Source: the human T2T-CHM13v2.0 reference genome, Homo sapiens. From it: a stretch of DNA of 64,000 nt. The stretch lies in NCBI RefSeq assembly GCF_009914755.1, contig NC_060935.1. The stretch is one strand, 5' to 3'. Numbering within the stretch: position 1 is the first letter of the stretch; every line of letters begins with the position of its first letter. The notes under the pieces were generated by a model. It did not search any database and was not told the DNA's origin. It worked only from the letters and a program-made list of their open reading frames with translations. Positions 29,042-43,948 of the stretch are shown in pieces. The translations under genes were made by a program, and so were the position numbers.

Positions 29042-29399
29042 CAGAGAGGTACTTGTTTAAGGAATTGGCTCACATTATTGTGGGGGCTGGCAAGTCCAAA
29101 ATCTGTAGGGCACACTGGCCACTGGAGTCCTTGGGAAGAGATGATGCAGTCTCAAGTCCAAAGGCTGGAGGTATAATTTCTTTTTCTTTGGGCAACCTCA
29201 CTGTTTCCTCTTGAGACCAACACCTGATTGGAGGAGGTCTATCTACGTTATGGAGAGTCATCTGCTTTACTCAGAGTCTACTGATTTAAATGTTATTTAC
29301 ATCTAAAAAATACCTTTACAGCAACATCTAGACTACTGTTTGACCAAAAACCGAGTACAATGGCCTAGCCAAGTTAACACTCAAAAATTAACCATGACA
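28966..29399. mobile_element. MLT2-type (ERVL) solo LTR
   Basis: tg...agggttctccagaga start, aaggaattggctcac internal motif, aattaaccatgaca end. Confidence 0.8.
29001..29038. repeat. (GT)19 microsatellite
   Basis: Direct read of the sequence. Confidence 0.95.
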
Positions 29400-30704
29400 G
29401 GTTGTTTGTTTTCTTACTGAATTTTGGAAGTTTTTATATTCTGGATTCTAGTCCTCTCTAAGATTTGTGATTAGCAAATCTTTTCTCCCAGCCTGGGTTG
29501 TATTTTCATTCTCTTAACAGTGCCTATCTAAGAGAATGTCTTAATTTTCATGAAGTCCAATTTATCATTTTTGTCTTTAATAGATCAGGCTTTTGGTGTC
29601 ATATCCAAGAAATCATTGCCCAGCCAAAGGCATAAAAATTTCGTCCTTTTATTGCTCTACAAGTTTTACAGATTGAGGTTTTACTCTAGGTCTATAATCT
29701 ATTTTGAGTTAATTTTTGTATATGGTGTGAGGTATGAATTGAAGTTCACTTTTTGCATATGGGTATTTAGTTCTTCCAGCACCATTTGTTGAAAAACAAT
29801 AGTAGTTTTTTACAGATCAAGTATGCAAAAACACATATAAGTGTATAAATAACAGAATTAATAATATACCCTCATTTTAAGGCTAAGGATTCTTGAAAGA
29901 TTTATGGAGCATTTATAAAAATTGACCTTATTAGCCATATATAAACTCTTGATTTGAGCCACATAACATAATAAAACTGGAAATTAATAATTAAGTGTAA
30001 ACAACAAGAAGCATAGAAAACCTCCATGTCCTCATCTCATTCTAATATAGTCAAGAAAACCCGTTTAATCAAGGCAGCAGAACAGCTGCTGCCAATGGTC
30101 ATTTCCTATTGGTTGGTATTGAGCCTTGGGTTATCTCCTCCAAACGTCTTGTCAGTAATTAATGCTAGCCTTGGTAAATGACATATATGGTAATCAGCCT
30201 GTACAAAATCTTAGCTAAATTACTGGGGCATGATGCCTTTGAGGAAATGTAATGTTTCCTAGGGACTGAATAGAATAAAAAATAGAATAAAAGCAAAAAC
30301 AAGCAACCAACCCCCCTAAAATGTCAGAAGCAGTGTATACTTTATCTTACAGGTTTGCCAAAATTAGGGGTAACTCCCACTTTCTGGTCTTAGCATTACT
30401 TTGATCCCTTTAATCCCCTAGTATTTAGAGAATTCAGGGCACCAAGATAAATCAAAGAGTTTAATAAGTTTGATTCCCAATAAAAGGTGATGCTAAACAA
30501 CATTTGGCCTCTAGCCCCATGGCTACCTCTAGCATATACAGAGTCTGTGTGCAAATTGCAAGGAGGCACACGTTCCTCTGGGCTGAAGCAACCTCACATT
30601 AGGCTTGGAAGACAGGATACATGAAACACATACCGAGCACAAACTGCAGAGTTGTATTTGTTGGCTTGGTCTAGCCCTCTCCCACTGTTTTAATTGTCCT
30701 AAAG

Positions 30705-30925
30705 CAGGGGTGTTTAATCTTTTGGCTTCTCTGGGCCACTTTCAAAGAAGAATTGTCTTGGGCCACACATAAAATACACTAACACTAATGATAGCTGAGG
30801 AGCTAAAAAAAAAATCACAAAAAAATCTTATAATGTTTTAAGAAAGTTTACAAATTTGTGTTGGGTCCCATTCAAAGCCATCCTGGGTCACATGTGGCCC
30901 ACGGGCTGTGGATTGGACAAGCTTG
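30705..30925 (+). mobile_element. MER30 hAT element, copy 2
   Basis: caggggtgtttaatcttttggc...ttggacaagcttg; 8-bp TSD tcctaaag / ttctaaag. Confidence 0.88.
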
Positions 30926-30946
30926 TTCTAAAGAATGATGAGACTA

Positions 30947-31175
30947 TGTCTTAGTCTGTGCAGGCTGCTATAACAAAATAGCATAGACTGGGTGGGTTAT
31001 AAACAACAGAGATTTATTTCTCACAGTTCTAGAGGCTGGGAAGTCCAAGATCAAGGTGCTGTCAGACTTGGTGTCTGGCAGGGGCCCACTTCTTGCTGGT
31101 CCTCACATAGTGGAAGGAAGAACTAGCTCTCTGTGGTCTCTTTTATAAAAGCACTAATCCCCATCATGAATGTTC
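30947..31175. mobile_element. MLT1A-type MaLR LTR, partial
   Basis: tgtcttagtctgtgcaggctgctataacaaaata...ctgggaagtccaagatcaagg. Confidence 0.8.
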
Positions 31176-32304
31176 TACGTAATGGCAGGCAACTGTTTCA
31201 AATGAAGCAAGTGAAGACTTTTCTTGTCTTCTCATGGCAAACATATGGGTTCATGATGTCATCCTATCATAACCGGCTTTCCTTGTTTGGGAAATGAAGG
31301 TGGGGGGGTTGTTTTGTTTTAAATGTGTTTCTAATAAAAATGCCAGTACAGTGTTCAAAGAGGTTTTTGAGCAAGTGATTTTCAAGTGCAATTTTTTTTA
31401 TCCTTCAGTGTTGAACATCTGGAAAAGAGACACATAGGCATTACTATAACTGAATAATAACAGACAACAATTGTAATCTGCTTATTTAATCTCTTTCTCT
31501 GAGAAAAGAAATATTAGATGATGAAGGTTGTCAGGATTTTTCTGAGGGTCTCCCCAAATACCGCTTTCCCCAAGTCAGTCTTGGGATAGTGATTAAATCA
31601 GATTAGATTAGATCAAGCTTATCCAGTTTTCTTGCCTCCTTGCTGAGAAAATTGCTTTTGATTTTCTCAACATTTCCTTTTTGAGAATAAGTTCTTTGCT
31701 TCATCTTTGCAACATGAAAGAGTGTTTTTGCCACAATAATCAGTGTGTTAAGGTGATTTCAATCATCTATTTCTAGAGAAGAATAAAAACTACATGTAGT
31801 TTCTAAATAACAAATTTCCTTACTTCTAGTTCTCAAGATTTCCAAAAAATTGGAATTTACTTTTCGCTAGGGCATTCCTTTATAATGGATAAAACGTTGT
31901 GATACACTGTGAGTTTATAAAAAACAAGAAACAGAAAAATATCTCAATTTTCAAGAATAATATATACAAACACAGAGGTTATAAAACTGATAAACTTCAT
32001 TACAGACTATGTTTTGGTTTACAAAGCTATGTTTTGTATTAGGTATACATTTACTTACTGAATTGTTTCATTGGAAGAAATGTTAGAAATTGTTTAGTTT
32101 TGTCTTTATCAAAAGCATTCTTGAAATTAGACCTCAATATTTTGGAATCCTTGAGGACTAGAATTGAGGAAATTGCCATTTAAAAACTCTAAAGCAAGCC
32201 TACCTGGTTTTCAATTTCAGTCCTGCTGCAGATTAATTCTGTGACCTTGAACCAGTAAGTAACTTTTTCATGGCTCGGTTTCTTTACCTCTAAAACGGGA
32301 ATAG

Positions 32305-33110
32305 CTCAGAGGTTGACAGAATATGCTGATGACTTAAATGTGTGTTTGAGAGTGTTGGGATGGAAGAGAAGGCTGGGGTGGGGTGGAGGGCAGGAAGGAT
32401 GGGGGCGAGAAAGAGAGAGTTAAAGATATATTCAAGGTTTCCAGTAAATTAAAGTATCCTTTATGAAGTAGAGAAAAATAAAGATGAAGAGGTCTGGGAA
32501 GGAACATCAATTTGCTTTTGCACAGTTAAGTTTCAGTTGTCTAGTAGCCGCCATAAGGAGAGATATAGAATAGATAGTTGAAGCTACAAGTTTGGATTTC
32601 AGGAGAAAGGTCAGACCTGGAGGTAAAGATTTGGGTCCATCCGTATATGAATGGCATTTGACATCATGAGAATGGATGAGGTCAACAAGGGAGTAATTGC
32701 AGTTAGAGAGGAGATCCAAAGGTTGAGCCCCAGGGCACTCTGACATTTAGATGTCAGGCATTTAGGTGTCAGAGAGAGTAGTGACTAGCAAGCAAATGGA
32801 ACCTTTTCCCATAGGATCCTATAGGAAACCTGATCCTGTAGGATTAGCCTATAAGGTAGGAGGAAACCAGGGGAGGGTGGTGTTTAGAAGTCAGTCTTTC
32901 TTGATTAATTGCATTAAATGCTATTGTCAAGTGTATCAAGTAAGACTTACAGTTATCATTGGATTTAGCCATTCAGCAGTGATTGATGACTTTGATGAGA
33001 GCAGTTCTGGTGGAGGGATGCGGACAAAGCCTGATTGAAATGATTTCAAGAGACAATGGAAGGAGCAAAATAGGAGCAGCAAGTATAGATATTAAAAAAA
33101 GAAGCTTTGC
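32305..33110 (-). mobile_element. L2 fragment
   Basis: Diverged L2 text (ggagaaaggtcagacctggagg; tggatttagc...gcagttctggtggag). Confidence 0.65.
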
Positions 33111-33232
33111 AATAAAGGTGAAAAACGGTATGTAATATCTTTGAAACGATAGGTGACATATATTGAGTACTTACTGTGTGACAGACACCGTTTCAGGTAC
33201 TTGTATTTTGTTTAATGAGGAATAAAGAATTG

Positions 33233-34593
<1,361 letters not shown>

Positions 34594-34880
34594 AGTAATA
34601 GCTTTAAAGTAAAATATTGATAAAAAATAAAGTCTTCTTATGTGTAAAGACTTTACTTAAAGTCACATTTAGGTAAAACCTGACTTGAAGTTGTATACAT
34701 ATCTCTCTATAATGCTACAAATTAATTATACATAAACATGTACAAATTAGCTCTTCAGGAGACCCATTGCAACATTTCTTCTTCTTTCTACCTTTGTTCC
34801 TCTCTCCACAAATATATCCTCTTCTTCCAGTTATAAAATTAAGACTCTTATGTATTTAAATTGAAACAAAGCATAATAGT

Positions 34881-35251
34881 TGTATTTGTCCATTTTCACA
34901 CTGCTATAAAGAATACCTGAGACTGGGTAACTTATAAAGGAAAGAGGTTTGTTTAATTAACTCACAGTTCCTCATGGCTGGGTTAAGCCTCAGGAAACTT
35001 ACAGTCATGGTGGAAGGTGAAGGGGAAGCAAGCACCTTCTTCACAAGGTGGCAAGAGAGAGAGAGAGTGAAAGCAAAAGGGGAAGAGCCCCTTATAAAAC
35101 CATCAGATCTCTTGAGAACTCACTGTCATGAGAACAGCATGGAGGAAACTGCCCCATGATCCAATCACCTCCCACCAGGTTCCTTGCCCAACACCTGGAG
35201 ATTACAATTTGAGATGAGATTTGGGTGGGGACACAAAGCTAAACCATATCA
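34881..35251. mobile_element. MSTA/THE1-type MaLR solo LTR
   Basis: TG...CA ends with a 5-bp TSD atagt on both sides. Confidence 0.9.
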
Positions 35252-35344
35252 ATAGTGTGTGTGGAGGTAGTGGGTATTGAAGGGAGGACGAGCTGGTTGT
35301 GGAAGAGGTAATTGCTTATAACCAAAAGAAGCCCCCTAAAGCTA

Positions 35345-36170
35345 TTAAGTTATATTATTAAATTAAATGTACATCTACCATATGACTCTATCATTCCACT
35401 TCTAGGACAAAGACTTGCACATGAGTGTTTATGATAGCTTTATTTGTGATAGCCCTAAACTAGAAATGACCAAAATGTCCTTCCACAGGTGATTAGATAA
35501 ATATATTGTGGCATATTTATACAATGGAGTGCTGTTTAGCAATGAAAAGGAATGGACTTATATGTGGAATCCAAAAAGTCAAACTAATAGAAGCAGAGAG
35601 TAGAATGGTGGTTGTCAAGGACTTGGAGCAAAACGAATGGGGAGATGCTGGTGAAAGGGTACAAATTTCAGTTAGACAAGATGAGAAAGCTCTGGAGACC
35701 TATTGTAGAGATGGTGACTATAGTTAATAATGTTTTGTATACTTGTAAATTGTTAAGATATTAGATATTTAATGCCCTCACTACAAAACAATAAGTATGT
35801 GAGGCGATGGATATATTAAATAGCTTAATTTAATCATTTCACAATGTATACATATATCAAAACATTACATGTACACTGTAAATATGCATAATTTAAATTT
35901 GGCAGGTATACCTTAATAAAATGGTGGGGGTACAAAGACAACACCCTCCACAAAAAAAGGAAAGAATACTCAATAGTAAACCTGAAATTTTGGAGTTCTG
36001 TGGGAGGAAAAGTGTATGAATAGTATACTAAAGATATTGCAAGAAAAACGAATGGCTACTGACATGTGCAGCAATATGGGTGAAACTTCAAATACTATGC
36101 TGAGTGAATGAACCCAGACCAGGAGTAAATACTCTATGATTCTACTTATATAAAATTCTAGAACATGAAA
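35345..36170 (+). mobile_element. Old L1M 3' fragments
   Basis: aaagtcaaactaatagaagcagagagtagaatggtggttg and related L1 3' UTR motifs. Confidence 0.7.
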
Positions 36171-36399
36171 ATATTGGGTAACCCAATTCAAGTATTGAAT
36201 TCAATACTTGAACAATTCAAGTATTGTTATCTGCTTATGTATAAAAGAAAAAGAATCCCTTTCTTTTTCTTAGAGCATGGTAAGTTGGTTTGGCTAAAAA
36301 GGACGAAGTTCTTGATAAGTAAAGTATTGCTTTGCCTTTGGTGATCGGAGTGATCTTAACAAAGAGTGGTACCTAGTAAAACAGTTTCACATCCCTCAG

Positions 36400-36957
36400 T
36401 GTTGCATGGAAACTTTTAACATACCTAAATATCTATGGACTAGAGTTCCTGCTATATCTGCTGGCCATTGTTTGACACTGCCCCCTCCCCCACCCCAAGT
36501 ACGAAAGAGGTTGTAGTAACACCATTTGTCACACACACATATTTCATCCTAGATTCACCAGGTAATGAGGGTGGACATTTGTGTTTGGTAATTGCTTTTA
36601 CCCAAAGGAATAATAGTACTTCTCATATCTCTGTGACGGGGAGGTAGTTACAATTTGGAGCCAGATACTTAAATTAACTCTCATGGAGTCTGGGAGATAG
36701 GGGCACTCTCTTCCTTGATGTTTACATTTCAAAGAGATGGCTTCCAGGTCCTTGAGAAAGACATTCCTTGGTTGTAAAGCTGGCAAGAAGGTTTGTTTAG
36801 CTTTTGAAAAGATTTACAGACATCTCAAAGAATTTACAATTGCAAATTTTCTAAAGGAAATGCTCCAGGATAAGGGAGAGGAGGTGTCTTTCCCTTTCCC
36901 TTTTTACACCAGGATTTTTATATTTTTATTTTTTTGGATTTGGGTTTACCCTTACAG
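36400..36957 (-). mobile_element. MER34-family ERV1 LTR
   Basis: ttgatgtttacatttcaaagagatggc motif and ccttaca end; left boundary uncertain. Confidence 0.55.
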
Positions 36958-37639
36958 TACTTATAATCTGAAATTCCTTGAATGTGGTCCAAAGTATATT
37001 TCTGTTCATTTGATCTCACTGGAGACTAGAGAAGAGTCTCCAAATATAATTTAACTTTGAAAAGTAAACTTTCTCCTTCAGGCCACTAATTAACTTACTC
37101 CAATTATTGTTATCCAAGCCCTTTCTTGGTTTATTCACTATCTCAACAAAGGAAGGCATTTTTAGGTAAGTTTAACCAACCCTGCTTTGGAGAAAGCCCT
37201 TCAAATTCAGTTCTCTTTTATTCTGGCAATGCCAATGAATATTAAATGTCAGATGTTGTGCCTATTGTCCTGGGCGCCAGGGACAAATGGTAAAAAAGAC
37301 AGGCATGCTTCTGTTCCCTTTGGAGTTTATGTTCCGGCAGGGAATGAGACATTTAACCAGTGGTATTACCAGCAGGAGCCAGTGCCATGAGTGTGACTCA
37401 TGGAAAAGCACAAAGTGCCATCTATAGGATAATATTGTGAAATGTCCTAACCTGGAACTGCAAGAGGTCAAGTTATGGAGGGCCTGCAAACCTTAATAAA
37501 GATTTAGGATTAAAAATTCAGTGCCTTGAGCCCGTTCCTAGAGCTTTTGATTCTTTCGGTTTGGTGCAGCTCAAGAGCCCATACTTTAACAAGCTCCTCT
37601 TGTTCTGATGCAATTAGTCCCAATACTTTCCTTTGGACA

Positions 37640-38175
37640 CTCTGGGCTATAAAGCCTTTGAACGTTTTAAAGCCAGAGATTGGTATAATTGGATTTGATT
37701 CGATTGATGGAAGGATGGGGCAAGAATGGTTGTAAGGGATTTAGGGAGCTACTGTAGTAGTTAGGCAAAGAATAAGGGTAGCTTGGACTAGTGGGCATAT
37801 AGAGAAGGGACATCTATGTCACTAAGCATTTGAGAAATATTTAGGAGTGGAATAGGATCTTGTGATTGTTTAAATGTGAAAGGAGTTGCTGAGGGAGAAG
37901 AAGGAATCAAGGATGACTCCCAGGTTTCAGACTTGAGTAATGGGCTGGGTGGTGATGTCATTTCCTGAGATGGTGAACACTGGGAGGAACAGCAGTTGGA
38001 ATTGAGGTATAGGAAGGAGGAGTTAATATTTTGGACACCGAGTCAGCCATGCAGAGATGTTTAGTAGGCAGTTAGATCCAGCAGTTTGAAGCTTAGGAGA
38101 CAGGGCTGGAGTTTGCATGTAGATTTGAGAGTGGACAGCTGAGAGATGGCAATTGGAGGGCAATGGATGAGACCC
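37640..38175 (-). mobile_element. L2 fragment
   Basis: ggaatcaaggatgactcccaggtttc, a typical L2 motif. Confidence 0.7.
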
Positions 38176-38178
38176 CAC

Positions 38179-38584
38179 GGTGTTAGTTCATTTTGCATAG
38201 CTATAAAGGAATACCCAAGCCTGAGTAATTTATAAAGAAAAGAGGTTTATTTGGCTCACAGTTCTGCAGGCTGTACAAGAAGCATAGGAGGACATCCGCT
38301 TCTGACGAGGGGGTCAGGAAGCTTATAATCATGGTGGAAGGTGAAGAGGGAGCAGATGTGTCACATGGAGAGAGAAGGAGCAAGAGAGACATCAGGCTTT
38401 TTAAAATAACCAGCTGTCCTGTGAACTAATAGATAACTCACTCATTACTGTGGGGAGCACACCAAGCCATTTGTGAGGAGTCCAACCCCATGACCCAAAC
38501 ATTTCCCACTAGGCCTCATCTCCAACACTGGGGATCACATTTCAACATGAAATTTGGAGGGGGACACACATCCAAACCATACCA
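38179..38584. mobile_element. MSTB-type MaLR solo LTR
   Basis: gttagttcattttgcatagctataaaggaatac...catccaaaccatacca. Confidence 0.85.
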
Positions 38585-40417
38585 CTGCCCAAAGAAAGCC
38601 TCTAGATGGAGAAGGAAAGAAGACCCAGAAGGAAGCCAGAGCAATGTCAGACTGTTTTGGTCAAGGAAGAGGAAGAAGAGCCAGCAGTAGATACTAAAAA
38701 GGAACAGCTAGGAAGATGGAAGGAAAACTATAATCCCTTGGCCAAGTGATTGGCTCAGGGGTGGCCACATGGCCCATACAGATTTCTTTCTAGGATAGAT
38801 AAATGAATGTTGGGGAGAAAATTCTTTCTTTCCTATTGTGTTTGCTAAGCTAAAAAGACGTTAATCTGGTCCATGAGCAGCCACCTTTCCTGCTGCATGT
38901 GAGAGCTTTTCTGAAGAAGGAAGCTGGTGCACAACCAGAAGCAAAGTTGAAAAATGGAGAGCAATGAGCTCTGATGACACTGTGTGAGAGGTGATTCTAG
39001 CTGTTATGTTGAATCCCTTATTTACCAGTTACGTGATAATGACCTTTCTTACCTAAGCTAATTGACTTAAGCTTTTGTCATTAGCAACTGAAAGTATCCT
39101 AATTAATACAGCGACCGTTGGTTAAAGTATTCACTGTATTGTTGTGGGAGACCCTTATTAAATACCTTTATGGGCCTGAAGCCCACTATTCCTATCCTTC
39201 TGCAATTACCGTAACAAAAAATAGGATAATTAATTTGTGACTTTTTAATTTTAAGTTACTTCAGAACAGTATGCTCCTTTTCAGGAAAATAAATTATATT
39301 ACAACAAGGGAAGGCAGTATTTGCTAGATTCCTTTGAGAAATCTCTAGAGATTATACTTGCTTGCTGTTTTAATGTTTCAACTAGGGGATGGAGAGGGAC
39401 CTGCCTCAAACAAGATACCAGAGTTATGATTGGATTTGTCGAGGTCCCGTCATTTCTATCCCAGGGGATAAATAAAAGGAGGCAGAACCCTTGTGCTGTT
39501 GTGTCCACAAAACTTGGGTGTTTAACCCTCAGGACCAGGTCAGTTCCTAGCTTAGTGTGGGGCAGTGGGGTGAAGGTTTCCCACTTTTGACAGAAGGCTT
39601 AAAACTGTGATGTAATATTTGAATAATACTTAGTGTTGCCTGAGGAGAATGATCAGAGAGCTTTGATTGGTCTTTTGTGTCTTGCTGTCCTGAAATTTCT
39701 ATCTCGTTTCTTAACAGGTTTCAAAGTAAGCCTAGCACAGAGAAGGAACTCATCTCAGATTTTGGTAAGGTTTTAAAACACATACGATAATTTAATTTAG
39801 AGCATTGTTGCCTAAAAAGAGCAGTACACTATCTCAGATAAATTAAAATGGCAACAATAGCGCTTTCCTTAGAACATGTGAAGAGGGCAGATACTTTTAA
39901 TTTTGTGTGTGTGTGTGAAAAAGGAAGTGAAATTTTAAAAATAAGAAATACAAATCTAAAAGGTGAATGACACCTGGTAAGAACAACAACACAGATCATA
40001 TTTAAGGAAATTCATAAAATTAAACTTGAATTTTAAAGTTAAGTTAGAAGACATGTAATTTAAAAACCTTTGGGAAGTAGTAAATCTACTGGTGCAGTGT
40101 AGAAATCTCCCATGTAGTAATTCAGTTTCCTTTTCAAATGCTCATTGATGGCATTTAATTCTGTCTGTTGGCAAATTTTTGAAATCTATCTCCCTTCTAA
40201 AGGGAACTGAGGACTTCATCTCAGTTGTGTACTTTTCATTCACCTTTCCACTCTTCAGTAAAACAAATACCCCTCATAAGCAATATTCAACACCACTATG
40301 TTTATACACCACCCTTCCTATACACTTGCAAGTAACTGTAGCGAAAGATTCAACCATCTTTTCCTCCTACCTCGGCATTGAAGGAACATAGCACAGGTAC
40401 CATTAAGAATAGCCATA

Positions 40418-40492
40418 CACAAATTGAGAGAGGCTTTAATCCACCTTTCAACTGAAGAATGAAAGATGGATTAAAGCCTCTCTCATTTTGTG
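40418..40492. repeat. Near-perfect inverted repeat (33-bp arms, 9-nt loop)
   Basis: cacaaattgagagaggctttaatccacctttca-actgaagaa-tgaaagatggattaaagcctctctcattttgtg; 31 of 33 positions pair. Confidence 0.95.
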
Positions 40493-41609
40493 CTCCTGGG
40501 CAAGTGGTGGCTGGCACGCACACATTTATTGAGTGCCTGTACCGTGTCAGTAGCTATGCAAGGTTGAGAGGATACAGAGATGAAAAAAATATATTTCCTG
40601 CTCTTAAGTAGTTCACAGCTTATTGTAAATCCAAATACAAAACACAGCAGTGTATAGGCTCCTCAGCATTGAGGCTGAGGTTAGGAATGCAGCTGTTAGC
40701 TCCAAAACAAGGCAGTTGGCTGACCTGGGATCCACATTCAAGACACTGGCCTTGTCAAAACTGCAGTTTAACAAACTGAGTTAAGCAACTAGAACTATCT
40801 GTTCAGTCTCAGTGTTACCCTGAGTACTCATGAAAGAATTTCAGAAAAAATTCCTAGGCAATTTCCTCTTTACAGACAAAGCAATGCTAACATGATTTTT
40901 TATTTGGGATTTAGAGCATATTTTTCATTAGTTTTAACTATATTTTCAACATTTACATATCCTCTTTCTCCCTTCCTCCCTGCATAACAGTCAATTATGT
41001 TTCTTCAGTTATTCATCCCTGTTTGAAAGCAGCTGCAAGGTGCCTTAGTTAATACAGCTGCAACTACTAAGGTCTTGTATGGCCACCTTAGCCCCATAAT
41101 GCCATCAACTACTATCACATTTGTCTAATCTGTCAATCCCATGCCTTCCACCACTGTATTTTGAATCTGAGTGCACTAAGACTTTCTCCAACACTTCTCT
41201 ACTCTGTATGTGTGTCATTTCATAAGAAGCTTTGTTCCCATAGGAGGTGTGGTTGCCTTGAGAGATCTGCGAATGTACAATCAATCCACAGAGTTTTTTT
41301 TCAGCCAATTGTTAGTTGTAATTTCTCATCATTGGATTACAACAGTTAGGTTCCTCCCACTGCTCCCAGCATCCAGCTACTAATAATTCTACTCCTCCTT
41401 CACTTCCTAGCGTTTGTCATTCACAAAGTTTCTACTTAGGAAACCTTGCCAAACTTACTTTATATTCTCTTTGCTTTTCATTTTTCATTTACTACTACCC
41501 TAATCTATAGTCTGTATATTCCTTATAAACATAAGTTTTGAAAGCAACAGTAAGATTTTACAATTTCAATATATAGATTTGTTAAAATACTTAAATTGTT
41601 TAAGAAATA

Positions 41610-41950
41610 GCAGCTGACATATTTGAGCCAGACTGCTTTGGTTTAAACCCCAGCTCTGCCACTCGCTGGTTGGGCTACTCATTTGGACTCTTTAAGCATC
41701 TGAAAAATAAGTATAATAATAACATATAGGTAGTATTACATAGTGGTTAGAGTGAGAGGATTCTGGCGTTGTGTTCAAATCTTAGCTCTGTCACTTATTT
41801 GCTGTCTAATCTTGATCAAATTTACGTAAGTTTTCTAAAGCACAGTTTGCTCTTTTATCCAAGGATAATGATAGCACCTGCCTTAGGAGATTGTTGTATA
41901 AATGCAAGGCCTTAAGCCCAGTGCCTGGCACATCTTAGTACTAAACACAT
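41610..41950 (+). mobile_element. MIR fragments
   Basis: gagccagactgctttggtttaaaccccagctctgccact; ttcaaatcttagctctgtcacttatt. Confidence 0.6.
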
Positions 41951-43603
41951 GGTCGCTGTTCTTAGGAAAAACACATAGAGTTAAAATTGATCAACCAAAA
42001 CTCAGATATATAGCTTTCTAACTTTTCTGTGTCTGGCTTAATATTGTTCCTGTTGTTGATGGGTAGGGGAAAAAGCAAAAGTTCCCATCCCAGGCAATAG
42101 TCTATTACAGTTTAAGCGGGTATCTTTCAGATGACTCCCACATTTCTTTTGTTGGTAGAATGGAAAGTCTTAGAGGATTCCTCTCCCTGCCATACCCCTG
42201 TGATCACACTCCCTTCCTTCTTCTCTTTCCCTGATTGGTCTCTGGGCAGAGAAAGAAGCTTGCATCACCTCGTGGTAGTAGGAGTTCCATCCCAAGAGGA
42301 CTGTTCCTCTGCTGCTTCCCACTGACCCCTGGCTGATGTGCAACTCATGCTACCTCACCTTTGAGTGTCTGATGCTATTCTTTCTGCATCTACCACTGAT
42401 GCTTTTATGGGTTGTGTAGCTTGTGGCCTGTTTTCCAGTCAAGGGAAATGAAAGATGGTTGCTCTTCCATGGAGAACTTGGGAAAGTTCTCCGTCATGTC
42501 TTCCTGATGACTGAGCCCCCACTGGGCTCCTACTGATGCTGATGACCTAATGTGACTCAGCAGCTCTCCTTTTCCATACCCCTCCCCTATCCCTTTGTAT
42601 TGTTCAACTCTGCCGTCCTTTCCAATTGACTAATGGAATTATATATCCTGCAAGTTATTCAGTTATCAAAATTCCAAGTGGAAAGTGAAATTCAAGTCCC
42701 CTCTTTGCTTTTGGCATAGCCTCAAACTATCTGGGGTATTTTTATTGCACTTTCCCTAAGTTTGGGATGTGGGGGGGTAGAATTGAGGACGTCCTTGATG
42801 ACTGCATGTGCTCTCTCCCTCTCTCTTTTTCTTTCTCCTCTCTGGGCTTGTTTTCCCAGTGCCCAAAGGGCTTTCCACCTTTCCTCTCTAGGTAGCGGGA
42901 ATGCCATATCTTTTTTGTTGTCTACTCCGTGGCTTTTTGTAAGATTCTGATCAAGTTGGCCAGACTTGACTCTCTTGATTTATGATCTACAATATATGAA
43001 GGGATATTAGAAATCCCCGTTATTCTCCTTAAAAAACAAACCAAGTTAGCTTTCACGTCTTTTCTGTTTCTGCGGGCTAGAATTCTGGTTTGAACATGTA
43101 AACTGAGCAACACTTCTCTTTCCACCTGAAATGATGAACATTGTTGATTAGGTAGGTGGGACTTGCAGGATAACATGACATATGGGAAATGAAATTTATA
43201 TCACTTTAGTCTTTCAAAAATGTTCTTATTTCTATTTGTTTATAGAATGATAAAAAAGCAGAAAAATAATCATTCATAATTCCATCTCCAAGACATAGTC
43301 ACTGTTAATAGTATTTCCTAGCTGGGTGCTAACTGGGTGACTTAGAGCAAGTCAATTTATCACTTTGATCCTTAGTGTCCTTTTCTGCTAAATGGGAATA
43401 ACTCTTCCTCCTCCTCCCAGAGAGGGTTGTTTTGATTCCAAATGATATTTTTTTAAATTTCAAATTTTTGTGGTAACATAATAGGTGTATGTATTTATGG
43501 GGTATATGAGATATTTTGATATAGGCATACAATGTGTATTAAACACATCAGGGTAAAAGGGGTATCCATCATCTCAAACATTTATACTTCCCTTGTGTTA
43601 TAA

Positions 43604-43948
<345 letters not shown>

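Larger units (their letters stand above)
27847..29800 (-). mobile_element. L1MB/MC-type 3' region, interrupted by an Alu and an MLT2 LTR
   Basis: Antisense L1 3' end (tagctttattgaagtataatcaacatacaataaactgcaca) followed by ORF2 tail. Confidence 0.75.

Noticed and set aside
32371-32406. G-rich tract as a G-quadruplex element
   Set aside because: Irregular G-runs inside an L2 relic with no functional context.
42471-42492. Short hairpin ggagaactt-ggga-aagttctcc
   Set aside because: A 9-bp stem is within chance expectation for 64 kb.
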